Part shown: piece after piece, positions 52,051 through 64,000 of the stretch
How the letters are laid out: the number at the start of each line of letters is the position of its first letter
Position numbering within the stretch: the first letter of the stretch is position 1
Origin: Nitrospirales bacterium
GTDB lineage: Bacteria > Nitrospirota > Nitrospiria > Nitrospirales > UBA8639
NCBI GenBank assembly: GCA_965203295.1
Contig: CBDBCZ010000016.1
Coordinates: 448,001 to 512,000 of the forward strand
Direction: 5' to 3'
DNA length: 64,000 nucleotides
Notes under the pieces: generated by a model
The model's database searches: none
Told to the model about the DNA's origin: nothing
Seen by the model: the letters and a program-made list of their open reading frames with translations, nothing else
Program-made: the position numbers and the translations under genes

Positions 52051-53269
52051 TAGCCTCGTACCCAGGAGCATTAACCCTTTGGCTTCCTAGATTTGTAAAT
52101 ATTATTTTTGTCTGTGAGCTTACCTCCAGTAATCTGAAATATTACTGTCTCCTGCTAGGCCCTACTGCACTGCATAATGCCCTGAGGGAAATCCCCTGAG
52201 GCGCTAAGCACAATGCGTTGCCATGGGAACACGTGTTAGGTCACGTGACTTGTAAACGCGTTGTAAATTTGTGATTTTCTGGCTGAGCACGATAGCTAGC
52301 TAAAGCACGGAGTATGATGACTGATAGGCAGTAGCTACAGTATAGAATAGGCTCTGGAGATGCACAGACGGGTTACAGACATAGAGAACCTACAGAAACT
52401 GAGAAGACCAGAAGGAAGCACCGACCAGACAAGTTGCCACGCGGACTTGCGCAATAGCACACGAGAGCGACATTTTTGTGGTAGTTATATCCGTACAGGA
52501 AGCTATGAATATTGATAAAATATATATCAGTACAGAGGTCAATACATGCGCAAAGTAAACAGGATATAATCGTTGTGGTACTACGCAGCGCTACGGGGTT
52601 GATAAGACATGGCATTTTAAGAGCGCCATTTGGCGCTCTCGGAAGCCAAAGGGTTAAAATCGGAAAAAAGTTTGCCTGGTATCCACTGTTCGTGCATGCG
52701 CGTAATTAGTGCACTAAGTCCACGTGGATTTCAGTGGGCGTGTATCAAGTGATGTCATCACAATTAGTGGACGTGTACAATGACGTCGTCCACGCGAAAT
52801 ATTTACTACAGATATACTGCAACATTGAAGCTTCTCGTTGAACTTGCTCGTGCCTAGTCTGTGAATACTATTGACAGTTAGCCTGCCAAGCTTCACATCA
52901 AACAGGACGTGTAGAACATCATAGCACAATTACTTACAAAAGCTAGTTGGGAGCCGAAAAAAAGGTTTTTCCCTTCATACATGTAGATGGACATCACTGA
53001 CGCTCTCTGCTCGAGTTTCAGTGTCATCGTGACGCATCCACAGCATGGGAAGGCGCAAGAAATCAAGCGATCAGAGTCCTCTGTACAAGCAGCCATTATC
53101 GCGTGCCAAATTGATAATACGGCCGCGTATGCGGTATTGGCGTCATCATACCGCGAACATACCACTACGGTATCCTATTGCTAGAGAATTTTGGGAAATT
53201 AAGCGCATGCGCAAACAGTGGATACCAGGCGCACTTTTTCATTATTTAATGCGCCTGGGTATGAGGCTA
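52051..53269. mobile_element. TAGCCTCGTACCCAGG-family TIR element with nested piggyBac-like MITE
   Basis: TIRs include CCTGGTATCCACTGTT; CTTTCAAA(A)C on both flanks. Partial paralog at 60297 lacks the nested insert. Confidence 0.75.
52075..52653. mobile_element. piggyBac-like MITE
   Basis: TTAA|CCCTTTGGCTTCC ... GGAAGCCAAAGGG|TTAA; single-TTAA empty site at 60317-60320. Confidence 0.9.
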
Positions 53270-55602
53270 TACTTTCAAACATGTATATATCAGACCAAGC
53301 ATGTGAGAGGATTACTCAAGTACATAGTCAATTATAGCCTCGTACACAGGCCACGTGATTGCTAAGTAAATTAAGGGTGGCAAAATGTAAACAACCTAAC
53401 TTCCAATGGCAGTATGAGATACCAGCAAAAGAGGGTAGCGATTACACCCTCTTACCTTTTCCTAAATCAAACTATGCAATTGATGGACGACATTCTCATT
53501 TCTATAAACTCAGGAAAAACAGCTAGCAGTTAGTTTAGCAATTACACATTAACTCTGATCCTCCACCAAAGATCAGTTCTTTCCCTCGGCGAGGGAATGT
53601 GACTAATGCTCATGGAAGTATGGCATGTTAATGATCTTAGCCTGGCTCGCAACACTTCCCACCCCAGCATTTATCCTGCAGTTTTGGAGAAAGAGAGGAG
53701 GAAGGCCTGGTACCAATTACCATGTGCTATGACATATTTGCATGTAAGATAGACTTACATGCCCATGCAACATTGCTTGTATGCTCACACACAAATTGAA
53801 TGCAACCACGTACATGTACATAGCCAGTATTGATACAGCTATCTATTTTGGTTAACAGTTTCATGGAAGGCAAGGATGAAAATTCACTACAAGACCGTAA
53901 GATTGTACTGTCCGCAGCTGAAAGGACCGTTCTAGAATGCCTAATGGTGCGTGAGAGGCCATGATGGTACGAAATGCTCCTCTGTCATTAGCTGCCATGA
54001 GTGTGGTCTGTCAGGGCTTCTCGCTGCCTGAAGGACCATCAACCTCAATCAACATGAAGCCCTCAAGTGCACCATTTCAGTCATTCTGTGCTTAACAGAA
54101 GCCATTTTTCATTTAGCGTGTGGGCATATACATCTACCCTCCACATAATGAAATGTCACAGCACGTGATACTGCCATGGTACCAGGCCTTCCCCCTCACT
54201 TTTCCACCACAGCTATGAGATAAAAAGCTGAGGTGTGAAGGACTGGGAAGACTAATAGTGGTTACATACGGCCACAGGTCCATTACAAATAAAACTTGCA
54301 AAATAATTGTGCACACATTCCAGATTGTACAGAGTACCAACACTGTTACGCACCTACATGGATATTCTAGGAACTATGGCAGACGCATATACTCAAAAGT
54401 AGAGAAGCATACAATTTCTAATTACAATTTTGATTATCACTTAACGTATAGGAATATTTGGCAAGGACTTTGATTTGGTGGTTTTGCAAACCATAAAAAA
54501 TTGCCAAATGAAATTCTCACCGGTGATGTAATCTGTAGCACCCACACACGTTCTGCAGCTAGCTATTTAGCCATACACACGTGTGGAAGGAACTTGATCA
54601 TATCGATGCAAAACTACTTCAAGAAAGAAGCTGTTCTCCCACTCCACCAATGTGTGGTGAACCCTTTCTCTCCGGTAAGGTTGAGCTGCAGGCAAACAAG
54701 GTTCTCCATTTCGAGACTTGAACGTGAAGCGTGTGAGTGTTCGACCTCGAAGCAAGTACTAAAACGGACGTATTGGGGGGTATGCTGCTGAGAATGAAGT
54801 GACAAAGGCTGCTATGTACTTCTCCAAGCTGCTGTTTAGAAAAATGAGCTAACTAGACGTTGTGCGCTAAATTAGGATTACTCTATATGCCAGTACTAAT
54901 CGCCAAATTTACATTCGCCAATTCCCCAATTTTAATGTTCGCCAAATCTTCCCACTATGCGGTAGGTAATGGGCTACTTGCTATCTTCAATACCACATAT
55001 ATTGCTGTTATCAAACACCACCATCGCTACTCTCAAACCATCACTGCAAATCTACAGATACTGATAATTATTAGCACACGTGCACAATAATAGCAAGCTT
55101 ATTAAACAAAGTGCTGATGTTCGGGATTACATGGTAGCAAGTGCTATACTGACAGTGAAACGAAAAAGGACTAATTTGTGTTCTACAATCTCCACGTGAT
55201 CACAGATTATTGCTTCTACAAAATATTGAGCATCTGCCAATGGCAGTATAGAGCTGCTGACAGATTCAGGCCTTAGACATGTGGAGGCAGTAGCTCAGAG
55301 GAGGGACTACAAACCACTGCAAAGCAATGCGGGCAAGGGCTATAGCCTAGCTCTTCAAATCCATACCTAGGTGAATGACTACGACTGCAATGAATGCACA
55401 TCATCGTCGTATAGTGTAGCAATTATAGCTCTGAACAGTTTTCACTACTGGACTATAATACACCAAACCATCATTGTGTTAATGTGTGCTCCAAGTGGGT
55501 AAGAGGCTATGGGGTTTCACTTGGGGGGGGGGGGGGGGGCACATTTTGGTATGTAACCGGCCTCCTTGGAAACTAGGCTGCAAATCTTTCTTTAATGTTT
55601 AA

Positions 55603-56256
55603 CCCTTTGAGCGTGGTATTTGATTATTCATAACTTCCGCGTGACGCGGAAGCCAATTTAATATTTGTCTAGGTTGCATGTGCTCGCAGTTTTGTAGAGT
55701 TGTAGGCTATTTTCCGTGCTGAACAGCAACACTGGAAGCCAGGAAGTGTAAAACTATCGTTGTTTAGTATGTAGCTGGTGTACTAAAGTCCCTACTAATG
55801 CACAAGAGCGAATACAATCGGCAGCACTAAAGCTAACCTTGGTAGTCGCCATTTTCGTGTGTCTGTCCCCTCAACTACAGTGGTGAGTCGCTTCTGTTAC
55901 TTCGTACCGGTTCTGTTACTAAGTGCTGGATCTGTACCTAAGGCCTAGCGCTCTAACTGCAGCCATACTGAGCGTTTTTGGCTTCAAAAGCCTGGTAGAC
56001 GCTACCCGCGCCTTTGCCGCGTACTAACTGTGCTACACAATTAAGCGTTAAGGAACGCTTCAAACGACTTGTGACGGGGGTGGAACTTTAGTTCGATTGC
56101 TAAAGACCGTAGGGTTATCCCCCTAAAGTGTCATGCGTGCCATAAATTGGAAGGGTCTGACCCGTAGCACTTATTACGGCGAGCGTATATATATGCTCGC
56201 CGCGGTATGCGGAAGTAATTTTTGAGCGTATATATACGCTCGCCGCATTCAAAGGG
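55603..56256. mobile_element. piggyBac-like MITE
   Basis: TTAA|CCCTTTGA ... TCAAAGGG|TTAA. Confidence 0.8.
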
Positions 56257-57159
56257 TTAATTAATTGAACATATCAATACAATTCAGCAAAAGAATGGTT
56301 TAACCACCCCAACACCTCTGAACAGTTTTCACTACAGGACTATAATATACAAACCATCATTGTGTTAATGAGTGCTCCAAGTGGGTAAAAAGCTATGGGG
56401 TTTCATTTGGGGGGGGGGGCATTTTGGTATTTAACTCTCCTTGGAAATTTGGATGCTTTGGATGTTTCCTTTAATACAATTCAGCAAAAGAATTGTTTAA
56501 CCATCGAAATACCACTAATGAAAATGCCCCAGATCGTCAGGAAGGTGGGCGTACACAGCACACCAAACCGAAAAGTCTACCACACCCCCTAAAAAGCATG
56601 CCAAAAGAACCCCCTAGTATACAGAGCAGACCAAACCAAAATGTCTCCCCCATCCCCTATCCTCGAACTCTTTTACATTCACACATTATATTTGCCCACA
56701 CTTTACTACAGGAAGGCCTGCCTTGGCTGTCAGCAAGTTCCATGATCAACCACATGTACTAAGGTCAAAGTACATTATGTCACAGCCTACTCATGTCGTC
56801 TCCTGCAATCATGCTTCACTAGCTGATGTCAATTCTGCAACAGACACATGAACAAACGGGCAGACAGTATATTTTTAAGAATGGATAGTGATAATGTGTG
56901 TAAAAATTACACCAGAGCCTCGTACCCAGGCACAATCACCCAAATCACTAGGATACTAGACTGTTAACTGAAGCAAAATGGCAAACAGTGACACAGCTGA
57001 TGCCTTTTGTTTGCCTAACTCAACAACAAATGTTGTCTATTTAAATCTTTTGCTAAGCTTATACAATTGAGGGAAGGCCTAGCTACCGTGACAAGCTAAC
57101 TACAAAAGACTAGCTAACTGTACAGAATGATGGCAGTCTCGTGTTATTATTTTAAAAGA

Positions 57160-59100
57160 TTAATCTAGGTGGAACACACAGAGGATAAACTTTCGGTTAA
57201 CACAAGACAGTCATTACTTTCAGTATCTTTACCTAAGCTTGTCTGACATCACCATTACATTAAGCATGCCCACATGGCCTGTGCTAGAGTATTGGGCAGG
57301 CACAGCTATGACGAAGAGCCTTGTTGCACAAGGCCACAGGTGTATGTGGCTAACAATGTGATCCAATCCTGAGTGTAGCTAGCTATTCATCCATGTACTG
57401 TAAAATGTAGAGGACATTTTCCAGTAACAAGAAACACCTACCTGCGAGCTATGTGTAGTGGAGTCTCCCCATCCTTGGCAGCACAGTTGACTTTGGCGCG
57501 CACTTGACACCGGTGCTTCTCAACGGCAAAATGTCTATACCTGATGAGAGAGAAGGAGAAGAAAACAATATGATTTGAACACGTACAGTGTAGTGCAAGA
57601 ACTGGAGCACTGACCAACACTGTTAGAGGGTGTGTACTACTGCATGATTAACCCACACTACACAATGGGGGAGTGATGTAATTATATGAGGCTTCAGTGC
57701 TCAGTCAATGGCAGACACAGGCCCTGAATTTCCCCTTCATTGCCAGAGTAAGAATTTAGCACAACCCGCACAGCAGTGAGTATATTTATGGAATAATGGG
57801 AGAAAAATGATGTAATAGCGAGTTCAACGGCTTAGAATCTGAGGCGCAATCAATCAATATAGATGTACACACAAATATGTACACTTTGCCACAAAATTTG
57901 GTATAGAATTAGAGAGGTTGGAGTCTGGTATATTGGGACTGCAACACACAATGTCTATCGCCCACCTCTTCATGTAACGAACTACACAAAGAATTGCAGT
58001 GAACTACTATACCAGCTAAAATGGGTGGGACTCCTCCTCTCATTCCAATTTACGTACCGCAACACACACTGCTGTGTTACATATACTTGCAGCCACTTAC
58101 ATGTTTAGTTATTATGAGAGTGGTTTAAAATCAGTATTCACATATGAAAGCATCTGTTGTACGAAACACACTCAGTACACAGCTGCACTCACACTAACAT
58201 ATTACGGAATAACTAGGCCGAGCAATCCATAACGTATTAGGCCTATGGCTGCTAATGATTGAGCCAATTACACAGTTACAATAAGGTTTGGGCGGAGAGA
58301 GGTGGGAGAGGTGGGATGTAATGAAAATTGCTTCCTGTCTATACACTCTCACTGTCCTCCACCCCACCCGGGGTGCATGTGGAGGAAGGAAGCAAGGGGG
58401 GCAAATTCTTGTCCACCTAGGCCCACCGAAACAAGAAATAAAAGAATGGAGCAAACTGTACCCAGTTCACTATATTGCTGTGGACACCTTCCAAACCAGG
58501 GGGGGAGGGGCATGGCGGAGACAGCCACAACACCGCACAGGGAAAGGGTAGGAGGGTGGGTGAAGCACCAAGGTGGCTCAGTGATGCAGCCGTCACAGAG
58601 CCCTCATGGTCAGATTAGTTAAATGCCCATGCTCTGACCCCGCCCACCAGATTGCCCCCATACCAGAAGAGAGGAGTCACCCTCGTCTGTTAACTACACA
58701 TAACTAGCAGTGTAATCTCCACTTCATTTGTCCATTGTGAAACTAAAGTTATGTAAACTGAATGTAAACCTACAAGAGGGGAATCCCCAACACACTACAC
58801 CACAGGTGCACATATCTACAGATAGAGGCCTTGTGAGCACAGCCAAGCTGTATGTTCCAGGGACTATGGCAGAGGCATGAGGGTCTCTGACCAGTAGCGT
58901 ATACACACCACTACCCATACTGCGATGTGAGCTTACACTTAGCGATTCTCTGGTGTGACCTTACACTCTCATACCTGGGGTGATGTAGCCAGTCTATCTG
59001 ACAATCAAACACCCAAATTAGGTATTGCATTCATTAATCTGTTGTCTAGTTTGTTCTGTAAATTTTGGAATTTTAGCTGCCAAACTTCCACAAGTGGGTA
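57160..59100 (+). repeat. Exon-containing duplication unit (paralog about 61230-63480)
   Basis: Colinear intron-exon-intron match. Confidence 0.9.
57442..57540 (-). CDS. 99-nt single ankyrin-repeat exon (phase 2-2) of the ROCO gene
   Basis: CTCCTTCTCTCTCATCAG| YRHFAVEKHRCQVRAKVNCAAKDGETPLHIAR |GTAGGT. Linkage to the ROC exon is inferred from strand and phase. Confidence 0.85.
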
Positions 59101-60540
59101 CATATGCAAGGTTAGCCAACCCAACCTCCAATCTGAAAATGCCACTTGGTGCATGCTAAATTGCAATTCTTTCCTGACTGAGGACAGGTTAACCTTATAC
59201 TAGCTACAAGATTTCACTGTAAATCTCAGGCACTATTAATTGACTTATGTACTGTCTTCAGTGTAGATAATTAAGAAAATACCCCTTTTAGCGAACTATT
59301 GCTCTTCTTGGAATTATAAAGCATTGCGCATGTCAGCCCCGCCCATTTATGCACACATCCCTCACAACACAAGGCGATATAAATGGAGTGATATTCAGCC
59401 CATGCACATCACAAGTGCCATTTACCCCACACAAAAAGATCAGATATACATACCGTTTTCTCCACATCCCCAAAAAAACACTTCAAACAAGTTTCAGAAA
59501 AAGCAGTTTAAAAAACTGCTAATACCCTATCATGTAGGGATCGATTTCAACAAAAAAAACACAAAAATCATGACGTAATACTTTTACAGAGTACTACACA
59601 TCACAGCGGAATGCATCTACGGAGACCATATCCCTACATCTTTCCCACCAAGGATGGTCTCTGTAAATGCACTGCACTGTGATCTCTAGATACTCACATT
59701 GCATTGCATTTTGTAGCTTGTTTGGATTGTTTATTAATTATAATGACAGTGCTTACCTGCAAGCTTCGTGCAGTGGTGTCTGTCCCCACTTATCAGCACA
59801 GTCTGGATTGGCCTTGTACTCACACAGTATCTTCATCGAATCAAGATGACCCTCCCTACATGAGAGAAGAAGTGCTAACATTAGACCTACACACTACAGT
59901 TCAGCACTGGAGCACTAACACCACCAGTTAAAACAACCAACCCAGCTAATTACAATAACAAGCACAGCTGAATATGTCACTTAATTTATTGTCTATACTC
60001 AATGCTTGTATATACTTTCAAACTTCCAGACCATGTACATAGCCTCGTTCCCAGGCTCCACCCCCATTTCTTTATTGCGTGGGAACGAGGTTACATGTTA
60101 CAGTACATGTGAGAGGATTACTCAAGTACCATACTCTCAGGACTATAGTGGTCCATCAATCACAATAATTATATTTACCTATTGTGATTAGGACTGGAGC
60201 ACTAACACCACTAGCTAAAACAGTCTCTGTAATTAATTACACTAACAAGAGTGTGTAATTTACTGACTCCTCAAAGCTTGTCCGTAACTTTCAAACTAGC
60301 CTCGTACCCAGGCGCATTAAAATCAGTGTGCCTGGTATCCACTGTTCGCGCATGCGCATAATTAGTGCACTAAGTCTACTAATTACACTAGCAAAAAAAT
60401 ACTGAATGTGTAATTTACAGACTACTCAAAGCTTGACTGTAACTTTCAAACTCGTATATGTCAGACCATGTATGTGAGTGGATAACTCAAGTACATAGTA
60501 AATTATAGCCTCGCGCCCAGGCCACGTGATTGCTAAGTAA

Positions 60541-61077
60541 GCTAGAGGTCTCTAGCAGAGACATACCCTGTGCTCCTGGACCCTGCAGTCTGTAACGCCG
60601 TATGTGAGCTGCAGGCCTGGCTGATCGCCGTAGTAATGATACAGGCGTTTCTCTACGTATTCTCCAGTATGCTTTCTATCTGAGTATCTCTTCTAAGCTC
60701 CATGTTGAAGATAAGACTCGTATACCATACTCGAGGGCTCGCATATGTCTGTATTCAGGCTGTAGGCATGACCTACTGCCGTATTAAAAAAGGCGTAACC
60801 AATTGCTGTATTAAAAAAATGGTGAAACACACCGATAATCAGAAAAAGCGTGAAAATGCCGAGAATAAAACCGCTTTCTACTATATCAGGTACAGACAAG
60901 CTAATGTATCACGGATTTCAGCGTTAACCTTCTGTTTAGAAATTGTTATAGCCTCTAAATCTCCCGTTCGAAGGTTTTTTCAAATTTTTTTATGACAGAC
61001 AATGACGACAATGACGATGACGACAGACGAACAAAACCAATTGCTCAACCCTGCTCGCGCATACGCAGCGCGGGGTA
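60541..61077 (-). mobile_element. Helentron-associated (HINE/DINE-like) element
   Basis: Insertion into TT without a TSD (empty paralog near 53369); subterminal IR TACCCCGCGC/GCACAGGGTA; 3' hairpin GTCTCT-GCT-AGAGAC followed by CTAG. Confidence 0.65.
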
Positions 61078-61512
61078 ATTAAGGGTGGCAAAATGTAAGC
61101 AACCTAACTTCCAATGGCAGTATGAGATATTAGCAAAAGAGGGGGGGAGGGGGGTAGCGATTACACCCTCTTATTACACCCTCTTACCTTTTCCTAAATG
61201 AAACTATGCAATTGATGGACAATTATTGTTTAATCTTGGCGGAACCCACGGAGGATAAACTTTTTGGTTAACACGAGACAGCCATTACTTTCAGTATCTT
61301 TACTTAAGCTTGTCTGACATCACCATTAGAGTAAGCATGCTCACATGGCCTGTGCTAGAATATTGGGCAAGCACAGCTATGACAAAGAGCCTTGTTGCAT
61401 AAGGCCACGGGTGTATGTAGCTAACAATGTGATCCAATCCTGAGTGTAGCTAGCAACTCAACCACATACTGTAATATGTAGAGGACATTTTCCAGTAACA
61501 AGAAACACCTAC

Positions 61513-61611
61513 CAGCAAGCTTTGTGCAGTGGAGTCTTCCCATTCTTGTCAGCACAGTCGACATTGGCGTGCACTTGACACAGGTGTTTCACGATGTCAG
61601 TACGCCCACTC
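61513..61611 (-). CDS. 99-nt single ankyrin-repeat exon (phase 2-2) of the ROCO gene
   Basis: CATCAG| SGRTDIVKHLCQVHANVDCADKNGKTPLHKAC |GTAGGT. Confidence 0.88.
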
Positions 61612-62211
61612 CTGATGAGAGAGAAGGAGCAGGAAACAATGTGATATGAACACGTAGCACTGGAGCACTGACCAACACTGTTAGAGGGTGTGTACTACCA
61701 CATGATTAATCAACCCCCACTACACAATGGGGGAATTATGTAGCTATATTCAGTAGTACACACATAAGGCTTCAGGGCTCAGTCAATGGCAGACACAGGT
61801 CCTGAATTGCCCGTTCATTGCCAGAGTAAGAATTCAGCACCACCTGCACAGCAGTGAGTATATTAATCATTTCCATGGAATAATGGGAGACAGAAACGAT
61901 GTAATAGCGGGTTCAACGACTTAGAATCTGAGGCGCAATCAATTAATATAGATGTACACATAAATATGTACACTTTGCCACAAGGTTTGGTATAGGATTA
62001 GAGAGGTTGGAGTCTGGTATATTGGGACTGCAACACACAATGGCCATTGCCTACCTCTTCATGTAACGAACTACACACAGAATTGCAGTGAACTACTATA
62101 CCTGCAAGAATGGGTGGGACTCCTCCTCTCATGTCCATCTACGTACAGCAACACACACTGCAGTGTTACATATACTTGCAGCCACATACGTATTTAGTTA
62201 TTATGAGAGTG

Positions 62212-62659
62212 GGGGGCCATACTCGAAAAAAGGTACGACGTGCACCCACCAAGTTGGTTGGTTGTTTTGGCAGGTCAGTAAAAAAAGTCCCAAAAACTAG
62301 GGGATTTTTTTGCAGGCTAGAGTTTACATTTTGGCAGTACAAGCAGTAGAAGATGCCTCATATCTAATTACAAGTAGGCATAACAGCTTGAGTATAGTTG
62401 GCATGTACTTGCATGCACTGATTTCATGTTATCGCTTTACTCAGCGGCAGCTCGCCACTGTTTTTGGCCATGGTCACTCAATTAGTAAGTACGAAGTGAG
62501 GGTTGGGTTGAATTAGTTAACCATTTTATGACATCAGTGCACGGTTAATTAATTATTTATGATGTATTTATGACGCTTTGTGACGTAGTTGGTAGGTTGT
62601 TTCAGGGGTCTGCAAAAAAGGGGCAGTGCATCATGGACTTTTTTTGCTGGGGCCTCCAG
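62212..62659. mobile_element. TIR insertion with 9-bp duplication
   Basis: ATGAGAGTG is duplicated on both sides; absent in the paralog near 58113; imperfect GGGGCC..AAAAAAG TIRs. Confidence 0.65.
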
Positions 62660-64000
62660 ATGAGAGTGTTTTAAAATCAGCATTCACATGTCCTCCTCTC
62701 ATGCCCATATATATTTAGTCTATACATTCTCACTGTCCTCCACCCCACCCGGGGTGCATGTGGAGGAAGGAAGCAAGGGGGGATTATTCTTGTACACCTA
62801 GGCCCACCGAAACAGGAAATTAAAGAATGGAGCAAACTGTACCCAGTTCACTATATTGCTGTGGACACCTTCCAAACCAGGGGGGGAGGCATGGCGGAGA
62901 CAACCACAACACCGCCCAGGGAAAGGGAGGGAGGGTGGGTGAAGCACCAAGGTGGCTCAGTGATGCAGCCGTCACAGAGCCCTCGTGGTCTGAGTAGTTA
63001 AATGCCCATGCTCAGACCCCGCCCACCAGACTGCCCCCATACCAGAAGAGAGGAGTCACCCTCGTCTGTTAACTCCACATAACTAATAGTATAATCTCCA
63101 TTTCATTTGTCCATTGTGAAACTAAAGTGATGTAAACTGAATGTAAACCTACAAGAGGGGAATCCCCAACATACTACAGCACAGGTACACATACCTATAG
63201 ATAGAGGCCTTGTGAGCACAGACAGGTTATATGTTCCAGGGACTATGGCAGAGGCATGAGGGTCTCTGACCAGTAGCGTATACACACCACTACCTATACT
63301 ATGATGTGAGCTTACACTCTGGGGTTCTCTGATGTGGACTTATACTTGCATACCTGGGGTGATGTATCCCATAGTCTATCTGACAATCAAACACCCAAAT
63401 TAGGTATAGTACACATAAATCAGTTGTCGACTTTGTTCTGTAAATTTTGGAATGTGAGCTGCCACACTTCCACAAGTGGGGAATCCTTCTCTCAAACCCA
63501 ACTGAAACAAACACATATTATACAACTACAAAATATTTGGGTGAGCGTGAGCAAGCCCCACACTAGTGAGTTCAATTGAGGATTTATATGTGCGTACAAC
63601 CTTAAGTTGGTACAACTGACAGTGAAATGAAATACAGCTGGTGTTAGAGGGAGGTAAGTTGCAATTCAAAAGTTCAATAGTGGCACTGCTTGATTCCTAG
63701 AGCACAAATATAAGTCAGAGACTTGATCATCAGCATGACATAAACATAAACACTACTGCAGGATATTGTGGTGCGGGCCTGTCACAGAGATAAAACTCTT
63801 GGCCACACCCTACAGGCAGTTGGACAGGTTTAGACATATAAAATATGATAATAGTGCATGCTTGATAAGCAAGGAGAGGGGGAGCCTCTATAAACATTCC
63901 TACCAGCAGACAAGCATGAACTCAATAAACTCACAACATTAAGAGTAGTGTTGTTTTAGTATGGCCTCACTATTTAGTTTTAGTAAAAAAATCTAAGGAA

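Noticed and set aside
63351..63437. Possible extra ankyrin-like exon (TKSTTDLCVLYLIWVFDCQID)
   Set aside because: No TPLH motif, and the paralog at about 58973-59056 has stops in all three frames.

Overview
Repeat-rich animal genomic DNA. The intron style, MITE families and ANK-ROC-COR gene suggest a demosponge, but that is inference. Four parts. (1) About 0.2-22.3 kb: a mosaic tandem array of about 10 intact-looking and about 3 broken small genes, all on the minus strand. Each has a conserved three-part promoter (TATTCATGTGYYCTAATTA / GGAAACCCACAAGTGTTTTGAGCAAG / TATATAA), then a hypervariable 20-45 nt segment, an Sm-type site (AATTTTTGG) and a conserved GGCTTC...GAAGCC hairpin. This is a candidate undescribed family of about 55-75 nt Sm-class small RNAs (U7-, SmY- or SL-like architecture). 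(2) 22.7-29.5 kb: an unprocessed, deletion-riddled CYFIP/Sra-1 pseudogene (minus). (3) 30.8-39.4 kb: a full-length but degenerate Ngaro-type tyrosine-recombinase retrotransposon (A1-gag-RT/RH-YR-B1-A2-B2) nested in a P-like TIR element. Its three ORFs each have an in-phase splice acceptor for one leader exon. (4) 40.9-64 kb: an ankyrin-ROC-COR-death-like gene (minus) whose 99-nt single-ankyrin exons sit in duplicated intron units and diverge about 3x more than their flanking intron. Many non-autonomous DNA transposons with readable TSDs are scattered throughout. All RNA start sites and splice models are predictions.
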